NCBI GenBank assembly: GCA_910580135.1
Contig: CAJTXC010000001.1
Span: 2,425-66,424, forward strand
Length of the DNA: 64,000 bases
Direction: 5' to 3'
From: an uncultured Bacilli bacterium
Lineage (GTDB): Bacteria > Bacillota_I > Bacilli_A > RF39 > UBA660
The position numbers and the translations under genes were made by a program. Position 1 is the first letter of the stretch. Each line of letters starts with the position of its first letter. This document shows, in pieces, positions 62,901 through 64,000 of the stretch. Below the pieces are notes generated by a model that was given only the letters and a program-made list of their open reading frames with translations, searched no databases and was not told the DNA's origin.

Positions 62901-64000
62901 TTAGAAAAGTATCAAGTTGATGACCCAAATAATCCTTTTAGAGGAGAAGATAGAATTCTTTATAGTATAGATAATGCTTATGCTCTACAAGGGTATCTTA
63001 AGCAAATGAAAGAACTTAATGATAAGTATTTTGATGTAGATACTAAATTTGGTTTTCAAGAAGAATTAGATAGAAACCTTGACATAATTAATAATTATGA
63101 AATGAGGGATGCTAATGGGCATATAACTACTCCTATGGTAGAACTTATGAAACATGAAGATTATGTTAGAGCTAAAGAATGGTTAGCAAATAATGCTCGT
63201 TATGTAGCTACAGAAGAAGTAATGGATGTTGTTAATTCTGCTTTTAAGATATTTAGAGAGAATAAACAAGGTCGTAAACTTCTTTCTATGATTGCTAAAA
63301 AACAAGATGCTTATGACGAAAGAGGCATAATTGATGGACGTAAACTTACTGAAGAAAATATTCGTCAGTTATATGAAGAGCAACTTATAAATTATGGTAT
63401 TCGTGAAAATCAAGTATTTAGCGATAGAACTCTAATTAGTAATTCTCCTACTGATGATACTATATTTACAGCAGCATTTTATAAAGGAATGACTTCTGAT
63501 GGTGCTAAAAATAGTGAATATATTGCTAAAATAAATGAAATCAATAGAATACTTAAACCTCATTTTACTACACATGATGGAACTCTTCATACTGCTGAAC
63601 TTTCTGAAGATGAAATAAGAACTCTTCGTAGACTTTATGAAGAACTTGATGAAATTAAGAAATATGTTAAAGGCAGTGCTACTAATGGAAGTAGTGTTCG
63701 TAAATTTATAGATGAACACGTTGAATTTGTTTATGATGAAGAGAAATTCCAACAGCAAGAAGATTTAGCTAAACAAAGAGGAGAAAGATATTATCGTATG
63801 TGGCTTTCTCTTAATACTCAAATAGTAGAAGATGAAGATGGCAACGATATATCTGTTCCTAATAGATATATCTATGGTTATGCTGTTCCTAAAGGATACA
63901 AGAAAGATGGAACTGGTGATAACACTTTCGTAGATAGTAGAAAAACTGGTGCTCTTCATACTATTCGTAGCTATACTCGTAGTAGAAAAACCCAATATTA
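53961..64000 (+). CDS. virion-packaged RNA polymerase-like giant protein (3'-truncated by the window)
   Basis: ATG at 53961 with no in-frame stop through the window end (more than 3346 codons); not in the ORF track because it lacks a stop; SDFDIDSVYG at nt 58587-58601 matches the DxDxD catalytic aspartate triad reported for crAss-like vRNAP. Confidence 0.55.
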   Translation, partial: MSCNLFIDSTEVNNAIVAASKGNSILATRYTLEFKSEAFAKELKDKLGLSIDEIPKNKLNEVVKLLQEYHNRLYPDINYSTKLNTSDSPITRFGYDSVATREFGKKLAANFMLSAYHQLVHDKGKTIQQALKEIKEKTKKDISPRDYFANTVVAKVKKLIIERIVSRKLTTKEEVLQLMKTNNTAKLEELFAKDNRIEDANLLAMYKEILGNRRAFFEEVFRNNALGELRLKKQPIAEDTSYEAIDEQVEEELDSEEGNDSPTDDKNNSIKELNEKLGDYNNFMTHVGMSIRGYFSSLPRIINGEKSNGKYVQDTNNPFGIADTMSAAQCIAVLYSYGNFTNTKTMIDSIREIADNVPGMAAFHQVADYLDTNISFAFEVYRTFGKAIVSKIETTDASGEFGSRTSNRTADKLTTLKFEFFNSAKSTSIRSEVEHSSDIFTSISKRLKDLRQFKKDIDSDSSVSPEDIEDFNEEVKKVATDLYNLLKRYYPTLSDKAIINYVNSGNQVDNLANLSNIAQLTIKGAEKSKFTYDSRQADLNALYSKRYQLTQALENGEKIRNGAFEEIENQLNQLYSIDYVSKETQEAAYQLADALVKFSLIKTELNSRNVHGNQSSDVINNSMITNIINTLKDQTALENFGKYKGQSKQYDFSNIMIEHRDENGNLINYGLFTQNPDSKELTPTPYAYRLLQNTLFSGAGSVVDGKNVLYSEMSRGDYTTTAFINFFRTEDDFSQQTEADKIAFAEYFMRIPSDAPKNFIIKAPKYSVNGLFTKDGVNTNHPIFQQFRQVFIQELQDMATAINVLFEHESGKVRLDTDEKSPTYGMPIFKPGFANDAETARKLYNNYHTKKGKILKKLSTGQYSLLGDVFTSDRFKVTILNENGKLEAVNFADEILKHFNLLYGGANNTYLHTTTTSNGVTVQLTDEQSAIINEQLSKFIIAYSSRAVNELNVYRNFIPEGLLTKRNAAEFALNHRLMYINFNDLFEGDTKFYKDTQTFLKRAKEAQGSGVPYGIVNYQMDLSEEPTLVESPLNNITFNHISVDGVTSQVKINQYSKFRGVTIKNTIRTGDTIGTFVTDNNGNPVKDENGNYKFEKPGVLAKTLIDALVASGMSKPNAKIHAANMMVGYTNTTVNDAQSYITFEEWVRRITARGQLPQYKELIDAVLDETKPLDAKTIGQFIQVQKNFYYDQHYNAELGVIAPRQIKNAEFVIVPRLVRGTQLEQVYNLMREFNIDQLNTEETSKAGKCNVLILWDNEGNLTDANIADFRANAVHATEYYNYNYLYTQQETPQHLAAENKAGIQIMKKIIDNIDSNSELYPLKQKFFNLYSQNIVDSYENLMQELHIKQDENGEISAFDQAILYDMLKEEVGRLGLDSNMMDYVTLDRDGVPMMPTYMSNVSTKLESIAQSLFNNRITRQKLPGWHAAQITNVGWTALNDTVDKRSYSKKLQYHPDGKPYVEIMLPKSNFQNLEYNKPDGTTKTDEELLAELAESGLDTMIGYRIPTEGKQSVCIMKVVGFTDDALGSTIVVPDDWVSQTGSDFDIDSVYGIHFSGEVNKETGKLEKVQYNKEDKRSDRKTKGRNNELLQTMIDILSHPSSLEENLSRSNFEDIINDRDEVINSELAKLRKARSPYDFFDQAAYQEDVMSGAKLKAFSVTRDTFCSICNTVRPNISVGKTVSVIYKKDDGYTEAGLKKHFGNIKRLKDGSGWIVTHDTLGWTLDNKNVVGKILTAYSSQTTAHILDAVKEGSIPNVNDFTFQVYKLFPDIGSDYKTAIAFMMQPGVTRIVNIYNANKSIYGEESGNAINEAIKQIATEILKLDGISIPKNASVKTLLNKLKNISSEIAELFDVVEADKFKIEDTAAANMLNISASKLRDRINQTGEFSTTSPVGSRNQLLYDLGVILQYNKLNILANDISAYARVCNPDKFGAKQTIYATAKVFDDIQTLVTASNPSLTVNGRSFIAAIYPEVFRGIDGYMKETSIAESAYPPLNAFLRYATAPSIKINRGLFATQSDEFRREVEKLATLFSNGRTLSEKEYKDFQNYILNYIYSQAKAISNAVTYKDGNFVYTQTDTLEECSRIYGYGKTPNLEVTDKHGEIVEFKVEDINDPTELEIQQFASLSPAQKIHYIQQTFENSGVFKYINVSLYNRGSNAGKQTIQYVENNEDIETVYNEFEKCFFNDNPLVALAAMDIVKYGFVVEGFKMRKNAVNKVIKNSVLLSDKTGIISDISTAIATIKDNAISTNQLRRNYIRSHSNSTFISGKRVYKKKDEHGNWRFELTPRADGIILIDNAGLASKYGVIYDPEPNNRNYHPYETNSYVKLSFNGVSNLYRIVSVNDTYILYPVNKLEENENSDFSVNPLNNKFLSEEYYLGIINDFRDQLRERDRIVEEQLQSAQEAAKLESRDLTKEEYNEITENAPTVDFSAVLEKHKLERDKYKPKTVKRASGFSKSFDINSKDTVNTGGFEDVISKVTERFSENPFSTLYLRSTALSNYITSTGIHGSSIQTINGRRYVIQKVNLSRLNKKYIGEENKDVVVKESNADIQEIMQKAKDAGYTVHDVFMITPYEENVEVMQSSVTEDINELPNSTTLGVQAMATMFSRRKSEGDIEAAKALKFLQDKQITGSAPSVSENTKDVIQTTAEYIDCMVSNLFTDMKYFIKDDNLQPFAINSPEAIVAIKADPAIRQRFLKTLLDARALVKNFAIINELDIQAEDDSLKPFLNKIKENINRLQNATIIAETERLFANEFLAKLSKNPLIQQDIISVLDGYHSASSFDAWVGDLQESSSPLIQIVSKEVMADIRSKEMMAIKRVQEFRKKLADIKRRAKEAGVDIDWKKIIDENGRFIQNYNQTFLDKLAELRENISVAKSEYGVGSIEHLKAKLAYDKWKLANINQPVVDEYYRQKIDIEERMINQYGTIYSAYKKLADKRRELLSHTSNGVLADNYKQELEEVKRDINNLINDCVYDQATGTFLEKYQVDDPNNPFRGEDRILYSIDNAYALQGYLKQMKELNDKYFDVDTKFGFQEELDRNLDIINNYEMRDANGHITTPMVELMKHEDYVRAKEWLANNARYVATEEVMDVVNSAFKIFRENKQGRKLLSMIAKKQDAYDERGIIDGRKLTEENIRQLYEEQLINYGIRENQVFSDRTLISNSPTDDTIFTAAFYKGMTSDGAKNSEYIAKINEINRILKPHFTTHDGTLHTAELSEDEIRTLRRLYEELDEIKKYVKGSATNGSSVRKFIDEHVEFVYDEEKFQQQEDLAKQRGERYYRMWLSLNTQIVEDEDGNDISVPNRYIYGYAVPKGYKKDGTGDNTFVDSRKTGALHTIRSYTRSRKTQY
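56661..56689 (+). repeat. GC-motif copy 14 (CTTCTTTACGGGGGAGCTAATAATACTTA), variant
   Basis: inside the vRNAP-like ORF, read as LLYGGAN; its 3' part matches copy 1 (GGGGGAGCTAATA-TACTTA). Confidence 0.7.
59624..59644 (-). repeat. GC-motif copy 15 (reverse complement CTTCCTACGGGGGAGGTAGTG), variant
   Basis: inside the vRNAP-like ORF, read as TTSPVGS. Confidence 0.7.

Noticed and set aside
1-64000. Numerous minus-strand ORFs of 60-370 aa in the six-frame track
   Set aside because: They are AT-rich, rich in I/N/K/F/S, lie antisense to long ATG-initiated + strand genes with coherent codon usage and tight gene-to-gene packing, and have no start or terminator context. They are typical antisense artefacts in a 30%-GC genome.
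1-64000. CRISPR arrays, integrase/att sites, rRNA or tRNA genes
   Set aside because: No spaced direct repeats, no tyrosine or serine recombinase motifs, and no structured RNA genes could be recognised by eye.
1-64000. A second DGR variable region elsewhere
   Set aside because: No other GC-enriched segment shows adenine-specific similarity to the TR (28182-28316). Other GC-richer stretches, for example 31300-31760, reflect high-expression codon usage and not TR homology.
1-64000. Stop-codon reassignment (TAG or TGA recoding) as seen in some crAss-like lineages
   Set aside because: All large genes are open under the standard code with conventional TAA/TGA/TAG stops at gene ends. No in-frame stops interrupt otherwise continuous genes.

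Overview
This window reads as a single co-directional late/structural operon of a low-GC crAss-like (Crassvirales-type) Bacteroidales phage; every convincing gene is on the + strand, and the six-frame track's minus-strand ORFs look like AT-rich artefacts. Recognisable content, in order: unknown small genes; a PD-(D/E)xK nuclease-like gene; a possible lysis cassette (peptidoglycan-enzyme-like gene plus two overlapping membrane proteins); a terminase large subunit-like gene (760 aa); a small HExxH protein; a portal-sized gene (804 aa); a long gap carrying a Bacteroides-type promoter; a scaffold-like gene; a major capsid protein candidate (491 aa); auxiliary head proteins ending in a strong terminator; a beta-helix tail spike; a 1621-aa tail protein; a complete diversity-generating retroelement (DGR); a small membrane protein plus AlpA-like HTH regulator; an insulated 4-gene unit between two strong terminators; a promoter-driven small membrane gene plus a free-standing HNH homing endonuclease; then 1487-aa and 2321-aa virion proteins and a >3300-aa ORF running off the window end that carries a DFDID motif, consistent with the crAss-type virion RNA polymerase. 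The DGR is unambiguous: a tail-fibre-like target gene whose 3' 135 bp (VR) matches a downstream template repeat (TR) with 35 mismatches, all at TR adenines, followed by a reverse transcriptase with the DGR-type IGNYTSQ and YCDD motifs. The most unusual signal is a 20-24 nt GC-rich motif (core TTCTACGGGGGAG, extended AACCTTTCTACGGGGGAGGTRGTT) present at least 15 times in both orientations, 13 of them inside unrelated ORFs in more than one reading frame. That argues for conservation at the DNA level; its function is unknown, and candidates are a protein-recognition, nicking or modification site, or a miniature in-frame inserting element. All functional calls come from motif reading without database searches, so confidences are modest.
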